In this document: positions 40,720 through 54,700 of the stretch, in pieces
Numbering within the stretch: position 1 is the stretch's first letter
Layout of the letters: every line of letters begins with the position of its first letter
Assembly: GCA_963575745.1 (NCBI GenBank)
Contig: CAUYUJ010000292.1
Span: forward strand, 310,001 to 374,000
Direction: 5' to 3'
From: Prorocentrum cordatum
Taxonomy: Eukaryota
DNA length: 64,000 bases
Program-made: the position numbers and the translations under genes
Notes under the pieces: generated by a model
The model's database searches: none
What the model was told of the DNA's origin: nothing
Seen by the model: only the letters and a program-made list of their open reading frames with translations

Positions 40720-43700
40720 CTTTGCGTGGCAGGCTGGCGAGGTGTACTATGCATCCGCGTATCCCTCGACGACCCCCCCCCCCCCAAGCAGCCCGCGAGA
40801 GTAACGACAACTTCAAACTCCGAAGTCCCCCAGGGATGGCGAGGTCCAATCTGAGTCCGCGCAGCCCCCACCAAAGAGCTAACCTTCGGCTGGGCGTGTC
40901 CTCCTACAGGCGGATTCTGGACGGAGGGAAACAATAGCCATCAGAGCATGCTCCCCAAGACGCCCCCAAAACAGCACAAAACATCGCCCCCGGCCTATTT
41001 TTTCGACTATGCTTTGAGTCTCCCTCCCGTCGAGGGACACGCCCGACTTCCCGGCGAGCCATTCCGCGCGGCCCCCGCGGCTCTGGGCACGCGGAGGGCC
41101 GAGGCACCACGGAGCGCCTGCCCGCGGCGCGGCCGGCCTCCTGCCGGGCGGCACTGCCGCGGGGCTCGAGCGAGGGGGGGGCTGCCCTCTGCGGCCTCCC
41201 TCGGCGCACGCGGCGAGGGCCAGTCTCACCCGGCACAGCTTCTACAGCTGGACCCCTGCAGGGCAGCTTTCAACACACAGGATTTTCAACATACGGGATT
41301 CTTAAAATACATGATGAATGTATGAATTATTGTTTCATGAGCTCAGCGGTGTTTCTACTACGAAATCCCTGCATTTTTAGAACATGATCCGCACGCGTAG
41401 CATGTATCAAAAACGGCACTGTAGAGTCGGGGCCCGACCGCAGGAGACCCTCCACAAGAAGCCGAACCCTGAGGCTCCAGGGCGTCCTTGGCACACGGTG
41501 GGCACGTCACGCTCTCCATAGCCAAACCCTCGAAACCCAAGAAACCCAGGGCACCCTGGAGGCAAGCGGAGGTGTTCCTTGGCATGGGCCTCCTCTGTCT
41601 CAAGACTGCAGCGCACAGCGCACCGCCGGAGGTCGCATCACGACATGCACGTCCACTGCCCAGAGCACCGATCCTTCCAGGGGAAGAGGTGGATGTGAAT
41701 ACACTTCGGCCTTGGGCTCCCGCATAAGACTCATGGGAATCCTGAGGAAATCCATACGGTTCCTTAGGAAATCCATAGGATTCCGCAGGAAATTCATAGG
41801 AATCCTTGCTACTCAACATCAGAAGATCTCAACTTCGATTCGCAACTTTCCCCCGCGATAATCAAATTCGGCCTTGCCGCCCCTCTCCCCCGACCAAATC
41901 TGCATTGGCCGGGGACAATCAGCTCTCAAGAGTTAAGGGGTGGGGTAGGCTTTACTAGCCGGGGCGATCGATTTTGTCCACATACGCCGCCCCCTTCGCT
42001 TCACGAAGACCGGCTCCACAGGCGGTGATCTATACGAGTCTCGGCTTCGGGGGTCGTGGACCCAGCCTGCCAACGGATGCAGGAACACCCAGAATCGAAT
42101 CGAGAAGTCGGCTCGGCAATCGACGTGAATCGGATCGGCGGGAATCGGCGGCAGAGTCGGGAGGAGTCGAATCGGCGGGAATCAGCAGGCTGGTAAGCAT
42201 CCATTGAGGAATCGGCGCCGAACGGAATCGAATCGGAATCGGAAACCATCGAAGTCGAACGGAATCGAATCGGAGCTATCTAAACGAGCCCTGCGGATGA
42301 CGGGAAGCGCTCTCAGACTCGATGCCGAGCCGTTTCTGACGGTCCCCGGGCCCGGCGAGGACCCCAGCGGCAGAACACTGTTCAAACGCCATGTGTCTAG
42401 AAGATGGAGGCAAGTTCGGGGAGGGTGCCATACTGTTCTTCGTGCTTGTTGAATGCTGCATCCTGGGGGAGGAAGCCCTCGAGTGATCTGATGCTTTGGG
42501 GTGCTCAGAATGGCGGAGGATCTCATGCTCTTGAAGGATGTTGTTATATCCTAGGTCCGACCGTACTCAATAGTGAGCGTTTTTTTTACTCGGCGTTTCG
42601 ACATTGGGCGGAAGGGGGGGGGGACGGGGGGGTTCTGGCTCCGGACCTTGGCTTAGTGCGACTGTTTGCAGCAGCGCGTCCTATGGGGAAGGGGCTCCAC
42701 CTGCTCGAAACAGGCGCCCCAAACAGCCAAGATCTACTCCATGGGGGTGGGAGGGGGGGGGTGCGAGGGCCCGCGCCGATCGGCAAAACAACTAATAAAG
42801 AAACGATCACATGCAGATCCAGAGGGACATATATGTATCATCCACTGTTTCCCCGAATTCTGAACGTGGGGCTCTTGTTATCAGTGAGGCCCGGCGCCTC
42901 GCAACCCGCCGCGTCCGACCCATTCGCACTCAGAATCACTAGCGCTCAGAGCACTCCTGCTCAGACTTCCAGAGCTCAGCGACCCACTCACACTCAGACC
43001 CTCTCGTGCTCAGACTTACAGGCACTCATGCTCACTCATGCTCAGGACTCCCTTGTGGGCAAACTTTGCAGACCCAGACGCATTATTCGGCTCGCTCGTA
43101 TGCAGACTCACCCACACTCATATTACCTTGAGCTCTGACTACTCATACTCAGATTCGCTCATACGAAAACTCAAGCATACCAATACTGACCCATATTCAA
43201 GTTCACTCATGCTCAGATCACTCATGCTCAGACTCATACACGCTCAGACCCATGTTCAGGCTGAGCCATACTCATCAGCGACGCTCAGAGATCTCTCAGG
43301 CTCGCTCTTAGATAGAGCCCACTGACCATCGCGAGGGCGCGAATCTGAGACTTGTGCCTCCTAGGCCGCATGATCACCGCGATGCAACAAGCACTGCACT
43401 TGGGCATCCCGTGGACGAATCGCCAGGGATCTGAGACGGGCCCGCTCGCGCTCAGATCGCCGCGACGTGGGAAGCAACATTGCCGTTTTGGACGGCCAGC
43501 GTGTCCCTTCTCATAGCTACCATGACCACCGCGGTGCAACAGGCATGGCTCTCGAGCATCCCACGGGGGCGCCGTCAGCAGGGCGATATCTGCTGTCATG
43601 GACGTTGGCGAGTAGGCACTCTGCGCGTGGGGTGCGCGTTTTCTGATCCATTGTTGTGCCGATCGGCGCGGGCCCCCCCTCCGCCCTCCCCGTGGAGTAG

Positions 43701-46700
43701 AGCGTGGCTGCTTCTAGCGCCTGTTTCGAGCAGGTGGACCCTCCCCCATAGGACGCACTGCCTGCAAACAGTCGCACTAAGCAGAGGTCCGGAGCCAGAC
43801 ATCTCTCCCCCTCCCTGGAGGGTTTCTCTGAAGGGCTTAGGCGACCCGCCCTCCTCCTCCTCCTCCTCCTCCTCCTCCTCCTCCTCCTGCTTCTCCTCCT
43901 CCTCCTCCCTTCTCCTCCTCCTCCTCCTGCTCCTCCTCCTCCTCCTCCTCCTCCTCCTCCTCCTCCTCCTCCTCCTCCTCCTCCTCCCCCTCCCCCTCCC
44001 TCCTCCTCCCCCTCCTCCTCCCCCTCCTCCTCCTCCTCCTCCTCCTCCTCCTCCTCCTCCTCCTCGCCCTTCCGCCCAATGCCGAAACGCCGAATAAGAA
44101 AACGCTCACCTGGCGGAACGCGCTCGGTGAGTCAGGCCTTCGAACTGACAACTGCGGCGATGAGTCTCGGCCTCGGGCCTCGTGGGGCTCACGGCGAGAC
44201 GAGCGGCGGCGACGGGCAGGAGAGCCCAGCAGCGAATCGATAAGTCGAATCGGCGACCGGAATTCATCGGATCGGCGGAAGTCGGCAGCCAGGTCGGGGA
44301 ACATCGAATCGGGAGAGATCGGCAGGCCAGCGGGCCACCGTTGAGTAATCGGAGCCCAAATCGGGATCCGAAGCCGAATCGGAATCGGAATCGGAAGCCA
44401 TCGAAGCCGAAACGCATCGAAACGGGCCCTGGCGGGGGCGGTCCTGCGGGGCGGGAGGGGGGGCCCTGGGCTGTGCGCGGCGTGGGCCCCTGGGGGTGCT
44501 GTGCTGGCGCCCAGAGTAGAATCAGGTCGGGCATGTCCTCCTACTGCAGGCGGAGGACGAGTGACAAATTGTCAAAACATGCAGTGGAGGTCGGTCCACA
44601 AGAACCCTTCCACAAGAAACCCACCCCTGAGACCCCAGGACATCCATTGATTTTTGGTGTGGGAGCGTCACGCTTTGCATGGAAAAACAGTGGAAACCCA
44701 AGAAATCCAGGGCACCCTGGATGCGACCAGGGTGTTTCTTGGCATGGGTCCCCACTGTACCCCCAAATAGTCAACAGTAGTCGGAACATCGTCCCCTGAC
44801 TATTTTCTTCACTGTTTTCGAATACTTCTCCTGTAGAGGGACATGCCCGACTTCAGGATAGAAACCAGGAAATCCACCCTCGTAATGATCACCCCGACAC
44901 GCGAAGTCGCTTGGTAAATGCACCCCGAAGAATAATCCAACAGGGCAGGGCTGCTTAATCAACGCCCAGGGCTGTTCAGTAAACGCACCCAAAGAATGAA
45001 TCAAGCAGGGCAGGGCTGCTTAGTGAACGCCCAGGGCCGTTTAGGAAACGCCAATTATCGGTCTGGGCGGGTTTTTCTACCCTGGACAGGAGGCCGACAT
45101 GGAGACCGGACGCCCGTCGTGGCTTGTTCGTGCGGCCCTGCGGCGCACACCGGGACCATTCTGACAGCACGCCTGCGGGGCACATGCCGCGCACAGTAGC
45201 TGCCCGCACAGCGAGCGCACGCGGTGCCGAGCGAACAGCGCCCCCGCACAGGCTCCGGAGCGGCCCCGAGGTCGCGAGCCCCGTGCATCAGGGGCCCGGG
45301 CCCGTGGGTGAAGAGAGCATCCGCATCTGCGGCCTCGCGGGCCGAAGCCCCGGGGCCGCGGCCCCGCGGGTGCGGGGCATGCCCTCGCGGAGGCCCCGCC
45401 CGGGAGGGCATCCGTGCGGCCGCGTGCCCGCCAGGTCGCGCCCCAGGATCCGGGCTGCGAGGGCGCGGATGCGGACATGTGCGCCGCTCGTGATGGGCAT
45501 GCGCACGCCACGGCAAGAAGATGCTCGTGCTGTCTCGAGGGTACTACACGAGTAAAAAGGATTCAGCCCCATGAGGTTCTCGTCGTAAGCCCCATTTGCG
45601 TCGCACCTCCCAGGAGTTGCATCCGAAAAGGTACGGGAGCCGGGGTGTCCAAAAAAGTTCACCGCGGAGGTCTCCAGAAGTCTCTCCAGAGGCCTCCGCA
45701 GAGGTCTGAGTCTGCGGCCGCTTCCAGGGGCCCGGAAAAGGAACCGAGCACGCGAACGAACACGCTGCGGCAGGGCTCGAGCTACGCGGCGTGGCTTGTG
45801 TTTTCGTTTGGTCTTCGCTGTCCTTCGTCACGTCTTCGCTCTGCCCCGGCGGCGCAACGAGATCAGAACGGCAACGGCCCACGACATCGCACAGACACCA
45901 TTCTTCAGCCCGAGCCCTGTGCTGCCGCTCCCCTTTTAGCGTGAGGTCGGGCGTGCCCTGCTACAGGCGGATTTGGGACAACGAACACCTACACATATTC
46001 GAAAATATATAAAGGAAAAGGAGCTATGCACATACACCGATTCTGGCCAGGCCCATCCTGAGCCCAGGATCGGTGCATACGCCCTCCTACCTTGGCCAGG
46101 AAGGCATATGCACCGATCCTGGGTCAAGGATGTGCCTTGCCAGGATCGGTGCATGCGCATAGTTCCCTTCGCCCGAATATAGTCCAAACAAACTCGTCTT
46201 CAGAGTATGTTTGGACTATTTTTGGTTGTTCCCCCAGTAGAGGGACAAGCCCGACTTGATTTCAGCGACCTTCTTCCGCTGAAACAGGCAACGGCACGCC
46301 AGAAACCTTCCTCGGCTGCACGCAGGAGTGACCCTGGGTAAGAGTGACCTCTGCTGCGCGGCTTTTTGAGGGCCGCGGGGGGGCAACCACAAGCGCGCAA
46401 GACGCCACCATCGCATCGCGCTCAGCGATCGCGGGACCCACCTGTGCCCGCACCAGGGGTCACTCTGGCGAAGGGCCACTCTTACGTGCAGTCGACTTCC
46501 GAGGTCCGCGAGGATCTCCTGGACCGGCCAAGGGCCCCCCACCCCCCGGCGAGCGGAGCGCGCCAAAGGCGGCGAGAGGAGCGCGCCGCCGGGGTGCCCC
46601 ACGCCGGAGAGACACCGTCCGCGCTGACCTCCGAATGCTTACGGCAGGTTCGCGTCGTGTCGACCCCTGCCTTGGTTCCTATCGGGTCGGGCGAAAGGGA

Positions 46701-49184
46701 GGGATAGCAAAGGGGGGGGGAGAATCAGCTCACGTAGTTGATTTTCCCGGCGCCTCCTGGCGCTGGAGGCGGCCATGTATCGAGGAATGGGCCCCTCGGT
46801 GAGGCCGAAACCAGCTGCATGCAGCAGCAAGTTTCGTAGCCCCCCCTTTCCCTATCCCCGCCTTTCGTCCGGCCCGAGAGGATCGTTCAAACTTGAACGA
46901 TCGGCCTTCCGTGAACGCCAGATCTTCAACGACGGGCCGACTCTGGGCCACGGGCGGCGTTCAACCTTCAGCGCACGCGCCGGGGCCGCCGCCAGTCGGC
47001 CCGACGCGAACCTGCCGCATGCTTAAGCAATGTGTTGTTTCGCCTCTTGCCTCTGCTGGGCGAGAGTACTATCATGACGCGATTGGCTCGGGATAGGTTC
47101 CAGGCATTCCGAAACATCTGGCGGGCCTCGTCTCTGGAGTCCGCGCGCAACAGCAGGCAGTCCTGAAATCCTGGCAATTCTGGAGCGTCTCATCATCGTG
47201 GCCTCTGGGCATTCTTGCGAGGCGGGGATTCCTCCATATCCACCGCCTGGGAAGCGACGCCCGGGTGCCCCAGCGGGCGCTGGATGTGGATATGTGTTGG
47301 CCCCCGGGGGCCCGAATACATCCACATCCACCACCTGCCGAGGTCCCCGAACATTGATCCTCCAGGCGGTGGTCATGCATACATTCCCGCCTCGGTGTTC
47401 CGCTTCCGCATGGCACCTGCCAGTCGGCCGGAAGAAGCGGGCGGACGCACGAAGTAGGAGGGCGTCGGGAGCAGATCGGATCTCCGCCCGCCCCCCCAAC
47501 AGAATCGAAGGAGCAGGGAAGAAGACACTCCATCCTTGAACTGGGAGGGCGCGTAGAGTATCTTGGAAACGGTGGCCCCCGAAATACGTGTTTTCAGCGA
47601 CCGATGGGCTACAGTGCGGGCGCGGCCGCAAGAAACTCTCGCAATAAACCCAGCCCTGAAAACCCGCGCGCGAGGTGCACCCCAGGGGAAACCTGAACTC
47701 AGCAGCTTCCTCAACGGCTGCGGGGAGTCACCGCCCAGCGCGCGGAGCGAAGAAACCCAGGATACCCTGACGAAAAGCACATGGTTTCTTGATGCGCGCC
47801 CCCACTGTAGGAGGAAACTCTTTGCAGGTGCGCGCAGGAACGGTTCCGGGCTATGGAGCCCAAGGAGTTGGCGACCGGGCCAGGCTGGGCCAGGTGGAGC
47901 GGGAAATGCATCCCGAATCGGGCAGGCTTGCGCCAGCTTGCGCGGGATACCACGGATCTACAAGCGCCGATGCTGAACCCCACCTCTCCCAGGGGCCGCC
48001 ACCTGCGGTCGGGAGCCCCTGCTCGGCGTGTCGCCGCGGCGGCCTCGGCGACGCGCTGCGCCCTGCCGGCGGTCAGCGGGCCGCTCCGCTGCGCGAGGCA
48101 GGACGAGGAGGAGGAGGAGGAGGTGGAGGAGGAGGAGGAGGAGGAGGAGGAGGGGGAGGAGGAGGAGGAGGAGAGGAGGAGGAGGAGGAGGAGGAGGAGG
48201 AGGAGGAGGGGGAGGGGAGGAGGAGGAGGAGGAGGAGAGGAGAGGAGGAGGAGGAGGAGGAGGAGGAGGGGGAGGAGGAGGAGGAGGAGGAGGAGGAGGA
48301 GGAGGAGGAGGAGGAGGAGAGGCTCGGGGCGCTGACGCTCGGGGGCCGGGACGTGGAGATTAGCGCGGCGCGCCGAAGCGCCGCGGGCCAGAGCCCGCGG
48401 CGCGACGCGCTGCGCGGGGGTCGGGCGCGTGCTCCTACAGGCGGAGTCTGGAGGAAAGCTAAGCCATAGGCAAAACATACTCAGAAATGATGGGTGTTGG
48501 TCGGAGCATCGGCCCTGAACTATGTGTGACTATGTTTGAATAGTTAAATCTGTAGCAGGACGTGCCCGACGTACCCATCGGTCGGACGAAGTCTGGAGGA
48601 ACATGAGGTAGGAAGGCGTTGAGAGTAGATCGAATTCCGTCCGCTCCCTCAGGAGGACGACAAAAGTTGAAGCCCCTCGGTCATTGAAGTAGGGAGGCGC
48701 TTGAAGTAGGCTGGAATCTGGGAATCCAGAAATACCGAATTAGTAGAACCATCGTGCCGCGACTACCTTCTGGCTATGCTTGAATCTTCCTCCAGCAGAG
48801 GGGCGTGCCCGACGTAACGCTAAGCTTAAGTCGGGCATGTCCCCCTACTGAGGGAATTCTGGCGAAAAATTAAAAATTTCCCCCACAATACTCCCAAATG
48901 GTCAAACATAGTTTCAAAAACGCCCCCCCGACTATTTTTGGACTATTCTTGAACGTTCCTCCTGCAGAGGGACAGGCCCGACGTAACGCTAAGCCGACGC
49001 TCCCGACCGAGACGTCCACACTCTCCGAGAGGCGGGGCGCGCGCGCGCAGGCAGGCAGGCCCGGCCGGCGCCGAGCCTTGCCGAGGCCCCCCGCCAGGAA
49101 GAGGCAGAGGCCGAGCGCCGCCGCGGCCCGGGCCTGGCCGCGCCCTCCCCCCCCACTCGTGCCCCGTGCCCTCCGTCCTCTCCG

Positions 49185-49225
<41 letters not shown>

Positions 49226-51713
49226 TCCTCCTCCTCCTCCTCCTCCTCCTCCTCCTCCTCCTCCTCCTCCTCCTCCTCCCCCTCCTCCTCCAGTTCCTCC
49301 TGCTCCTCCCCCTCCCCCTCCCATTCCCCTCCTCCTCCTCCTCCTCCTCCTCCTCCTCCTCCTCCTCCTCTTCCGCCTTCCCCATTTCTCGCCGTCTTGG
49401 TCCCCCTCCTCCCCCTTCCCCTCCTCCTCGTCATCCCTCTTCCCGCCCCCTCCTCCTCCTCCTCGTCGCCCCCCTCCTCGCCCCCCTGCTGCGCCCCTGT
49501 CTTTCCTCCCTAAAAAGGGCGCATCACCACGCGGCTCGCGCTTCGCGCAGCGCGAAGAACTCTGCGCTCCCTCGCCGCTCCCCTGTGGAGTATAGGGGAG
49601 GGCGAGGAGGCATCGGAGCCGACCCGCGCAGCGCGACGCGCGAACACCGTCGCGCCCTCGAGGGCGCCCCCCTCCTGGTTCTCCTCCTCTCCTCCTCCGC
49701 CTCCTCCTCCTCCTCTAGTTCCTCCTCCTCCTCCTCCTCCTCCTCCTCCTCCAGTTCCTCCTCCTCCGCCTCCTCCAGTTCCTCCTCCTCCCAGTTCCTC
49801 CTCCTGGCCCTCCTCCCCGCGCCTGCGGGTACCACTCGGGCCGGTCCTCCTCGCTCATGTCGCTGATGACGATGGAGAGGAGGAAGCCGCCGAGCGCGCC
49901 TCCGAGGTGGCCGACCTCAGGAAGAGGAGTACAGCCAGCCCGTGTAATGATCGGCGGCGGGCGACGGAGCCCCCAAACCAGGTGGTGAGATATCAAGTGA
50001 TGGCCTGGAATCACCAAAAAAGTCACCGCCGGGTTTGGGGACACGGGGTCACCGCCGGGCCTTGTAACTCCTGGACCCACCAGCGTCCGAGACATCCTCG
50101 AAAAAGCACGGGAGTCCCCAAACCGGGGGGTGACACCAAAACGCCCGAGACTCACCGCCGGGTGTTGTCACCACCACGTTTGGGGACTACGAAAGTGAGG
50201 GGAGAAGGAGAAGACCCTCTCAGAAGGCGGCGGGACTTCTCAGAAACTCTCGCGCTTTCTAAAAGTGTGGTGTGTCTTCGGGGAAGGCTAAGACAACTGC
50301 TCAGACGGCCAGGGGACTTCCACCGAATCTTCTGAGAAGGCCTTCTCCTTCTCACTTCTCCCCGGGCTCGCCGCCAAACACTCTGTGAGGGGGGCGCGGC
50401 CAGCGAAAGCGGCCAAAGACGGGCCAGAGGGGAAGGATGCAAGGGCAACCTTGGAAAGTCACTCATCCTTGCTATGCGGTTTGACTGTCGGAGGTAGGGT
50501 GGGGATGAGGATGCAGAAGCAAAAGTCGGGGAGGATAAGCATGACGGAGGATGATGTTCTACGCGTTGTGCCGGTTTTCGGCAGTTGCCAGAGATGTCTA
50601 ACGGCTTCCGAGCCAAATGAGGAGGGCAGCGAGGAGGACGACAGAGGAGGATGGAGGAATCTATCTCAGTGTCGTGGGTGTCAGAACGCTTTCTGAGGAG
50701 TCTGGGTTTCTGGAGGCAACGCGGGTGAGGAGGAAGGAGGAGGTGGCATTGGCGTGATGCGCACAGAACCACCCCCTACGGGAGGCAAGGAGTGAGTAGT
50801 TCAGCGGGTTGATGATGGCAAGCATGCCTACAGTGCACTCCTCTGGTGATAAGGCGCTTCTGATGCGCTCTGGTTCCGACCCCGCCCAATCAACACGGTT
50901 TCCGCACGATGCGACAAAGGGAGAGCAAATCGATCCCTCTCGGCACAACAAATTTGCTTGGAATTTTGGAGCCGTTGGATTGAGGCAGTTGATTAGAAGT
51001 CTTCGAAACAGGAAAAGGTTCAAATATGCAACCCATTAGTGCCAGGGCTCCTCCCCCTCGCCCGCCCAACACATGAAATGAAAAACACAACGGTCGGTGA
51101 ATTGAACATCCAATATCGGCCCATTCTCCCCTCACCTCGACTTCGATTACGTTCGTGATCTCTACGTATGGGAAGACGCTGGGCGACGGGCAGGGGAAAA
51201 CAGCGTCCTGGACACAGCTGCGAGGAGAAAGAGTGCTGCGCATAAAACCATAGCTGCTTCTATGGCCGAAATGGCGCTATGATGTGGCTGATGTTCTCGA
51301 ATTAGTCCGTGCTCCACATCAATGGAGGGGCAACCGAGGCCATTCCTGCACGTACCCTTGACGCGGACGATGATGTAGGGGAGGGCCAGAACAGCCCCGA
51401 CTCGCATGTCGTATGGTCGAGCGTACATGCACCCAATCTCAACAAATATAACAACCACAACGGCTGGACCTGCTCTCCCCGACGTCGGTGAAGGACCGGT
51501 TCGAGAGCACAAGGGACAATTGTTATACTGCCTTCCTCCAGGAGCGCTGCACGGCGCACTTGCATGCCACCAGCGGGTAAGACCGAAGCGTCTGCACGCT
51601 CTAGCGTTTGAGCGCCATGGTCTAAACCTCCCCCGCCCGACTCGAGCTCGATCCGCGCGGCGGTGAATGATGATGCTGCTGCTGATGATGATGACGATGA
51701 CGATGACGATGAC

Positions 51714-51764
<51 letters not shown>

Positions 51765-54700
51765 CATGCTGGTGCTGATGATGATGATAATGAATGTTGG
51801 TGATGCTGATGATGATGACGATGATATGATGAAACTATGATGATGTAGGATGATGGCGATGCTGATGGTTGTGGTGATGATGGCTATGATGATGATGGCG
51901 AGGAACATGAGGGGAAGGATCGATGGGGGGGGGGCGCATCCTCCTCAGGAGGACGAGGAAGGGGCCCGGCAGTGTCACGCAGCGTGGCGACAAGCGGTGG
52001 AGGGAGACCAGGGCGCGGAGGCGGGCGGGAGTGGCCGACCAGGTCCATGTTCGGCGTCATGGAGGACATGGTGGTCACCGAGATGAGCATGAAGGCGATC
52101 CAGATGATGGTCCGCTCCCTAGCTGGGCCCAGGATCTCCCACGACAACAAGATCTCCTGGGCCGCCCAGGTTGGGCCAGCCCACTCCCTCCCCCTCCTCC
52201 TCCTCCTCCTCCTCCTCCTCCTCGCGGATGTGGAAGGGGGGAAGCAGGATGACTTCTATCGGGCGTTGGCAGAACTGGGCTTAGTGGAACCTGGTTTAGT
52301 GATTTGCACCGGGGGCGCCACCCCGTCCTATTTCCAGTAACCTGAACTGCCGTCACCCGAAAAACACCAGTTACGGCAAACCTGGTTTAGTGAATCTGGC
52401 CAATTGAGGGGCCCCAGGGTACTACCGCTAACCGGGTCACCTTACCCAGGGTCCTGGCTATACTCGATTCTATTTTCCAATATCTAGAAACCCGCTGCCC
52501 CTCAGCAGGGCTTTCCCACTCGCGCGATCAAGGCCCCAATACACACCTTCCGATGGAGTGGGCTTTTTTCCATGTTGGCTGATCTGCCGAGTCCTCTTTC
52601 TCAGGGTTCTGGCTCCTCCTCCTGCCCGTCCTCGTCCTCTGCCCCCCCTCGCTCGTCCCCCCCCCCCGCCCCCTGTCCCCTTTCCCCTCCCCCCCCCCAC
52701 TCCCACTTCCCCCCCTCCCTCTGCCCCAACCCCGGAGGCGCGCGCGCGCACTCCGCCCGAACACACCCTCTTGCCCTGCCGCTCCCGGGCGGCCGCCGCT
52801 TCCACCCCCCCCCCCCTTCCCCCCATTCCCCCCACCCCCCCCGCAAGAGGAGACGGACCCACACCACGACACGAAAGCGGTGCGGACGTGGGGTGAGATT
52901 AGAAGAAGAACAACGCCAACAACAGAAACTTTTGGCGCTCCGCCCGGGCTTCTTGAGTCTGCGCCGGAGCACGCCAGGAGCGCCGACGATGACAGCCGTA
53001 GGGGTGCGCCGATGGAATCCTTAAGGTCGGCACCAAGGAGAGGTGATGGCGAGCATGGGGATATGGATGCGTTTCAAACTGGCGAGGTGATCAGGGGAAG
53101 AAAAAGCGGCATAAACATACGTAACCACTCGGAGGTCCGCGCAGACTTCTTGGATCGGCGTTGGGACCCTCTGGCGGCGTCTCCCGCGCCGCCCCTGGCG
53201 CGCTCCGCGCGCCAGGGAGGGGGGTCCAGCGCCGATCCGAGAAATCCGCGCGGAGCTCCGAAAGCTTACGTCTATGCAACTGTTTCTTCTTCGAGTGACG
53301 CTGTTTCTGTTGTTTCTGTGCCGTCGCCCTCGCAATCGAGCAGCTCTGCGCTTCTCCTGCCCGTCCCCCTCCCCCCGACACGCTGTAGCAAGAACCACTT
53401 CTCGCAGACCAGCCGCACTCCCCTGCGACGAAAGATGGTGCCACTGAAATGCACCAAGCGAGCGGGTCAGTCAATTCTGTAGTCAATCGCCCATTCGAAA
53501 AAACGGAGCGACACTATAGTGAACGAGGCCGAGGACGAGGAGGGGAACACGAGGAGGGGTAAGCCCCCCCCCCTGCCGAGCTCCTCCTCGTCCTCCTCAG
53601 CGCTTCCTTCTCCTCATCCTCCTCAGCGCTTCCTCTCAAGCCACAGCTACTGCCCGCTCCCGCTGCTCTCCTGCCCGTCCGCTCCTGCTCCCCGCCACCC
53701 CCTGGGACGAGAGCAGGGCTGTGATAGGACTGGCTTAGGATGCGCTCGAGGATTTCCAGGGACTACGGCGAGGACGCTGGATACGGCCCCATTGGATAAG
53801 ATAAGGAATCAAGGGTCTGGAAACAGGTGGAACTCCAATCGTGAATGGGCATTGCATATCACCGCCGCCCTGATCAGGTAAGGGCTCCCACCGTCAGAGG
53901 TGATGGGGTGAGATCGCAGTGGAGCGGAGAGCCCATCGGGACATCGGTTTCGGTTTCGTTTTCGTGTCGTGCGTGCGAGCGAGGCGAAGCTGCGTGAGCG
54001 CGAGATGGACGATGCCGCCGTGGTTAAGGGCTTTGGAGCTGGTTGTCTCCCCCACCCACCCCGGCGCGCGGTGGCGGGGGGTGTCCCGTCGGTGGCGCGT
54101 CGGTGTCCCGTCGGTGGCGCGGCGGTGTCCCGTTAGTGGCGCGGGGTGTCCCGTCGGTGGCGCGGGGTGTCCCGTCGGTGGCGCGGCGATGAGATCGAGT
54201 GAGATCGACAATGAAATCGATTGTGAGATCTGGTTGATATCGAGCGTGAGAGATCTGTTGTGAGATCAATCGTGGGATCATGTGGGATCTGTTAGTGAGA
54301 TCGATTGTGAGATCGATAGTGGGATCAACAGTAAGATCGATTGTGACATCGATTGTGATACCGAGTGAGATCGATTGTGAGATCGATTGTGAGATCAATC
54401 GTGATTCCGAATGTGAGATCGGTAGTGAGTTCGCATACCAGATCGATGGTGATATGAACTTGGTGATCGATGGTGAGGCATGTTATGATATAGATCGTGA
54501 GATCACTTGTGATATAGATAGTGATTTCGATCGTCAAATCGATGGTGGCATCGACTGTGAGATCATTAGTGGGATCATATGTGATATCGATCGTGTGATC
54601 GATAATGAGATCGATTGTGAGATCGATTGTGAGATCGGCAGTGAGATCGATAGTGAGTTCTGTTGTGACGTCGACATTGTGATCTAGTGTGAGATATGGT

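Noticed and set aside
42399..42464. Apparent terminal exon DAAFNKHEEQYGTLPELASIF* on the minus strand
   Set aside because: The same DNA recurs as a dispersed repeat at ~20335-20400 and ~32640-32700.
44105..44180. Exon candidate ending in CAG|GTGAGC
   Set aside because: The GTGAGCG is the end of a repeat that also occurs inverted at 42573.
45500..45610. Minus-strand segment CDANGAYDENLMGLNPFYSC
   Set aside because: No convincing donor or partner exon; lies inside the last rhomboid intron.
52043..52169. Plus-strand reading SMFGVMEDMVVTEMSMKAIQMM...
   Set aside because: Antisense shadow of the rhomboid exon 52156-52040.
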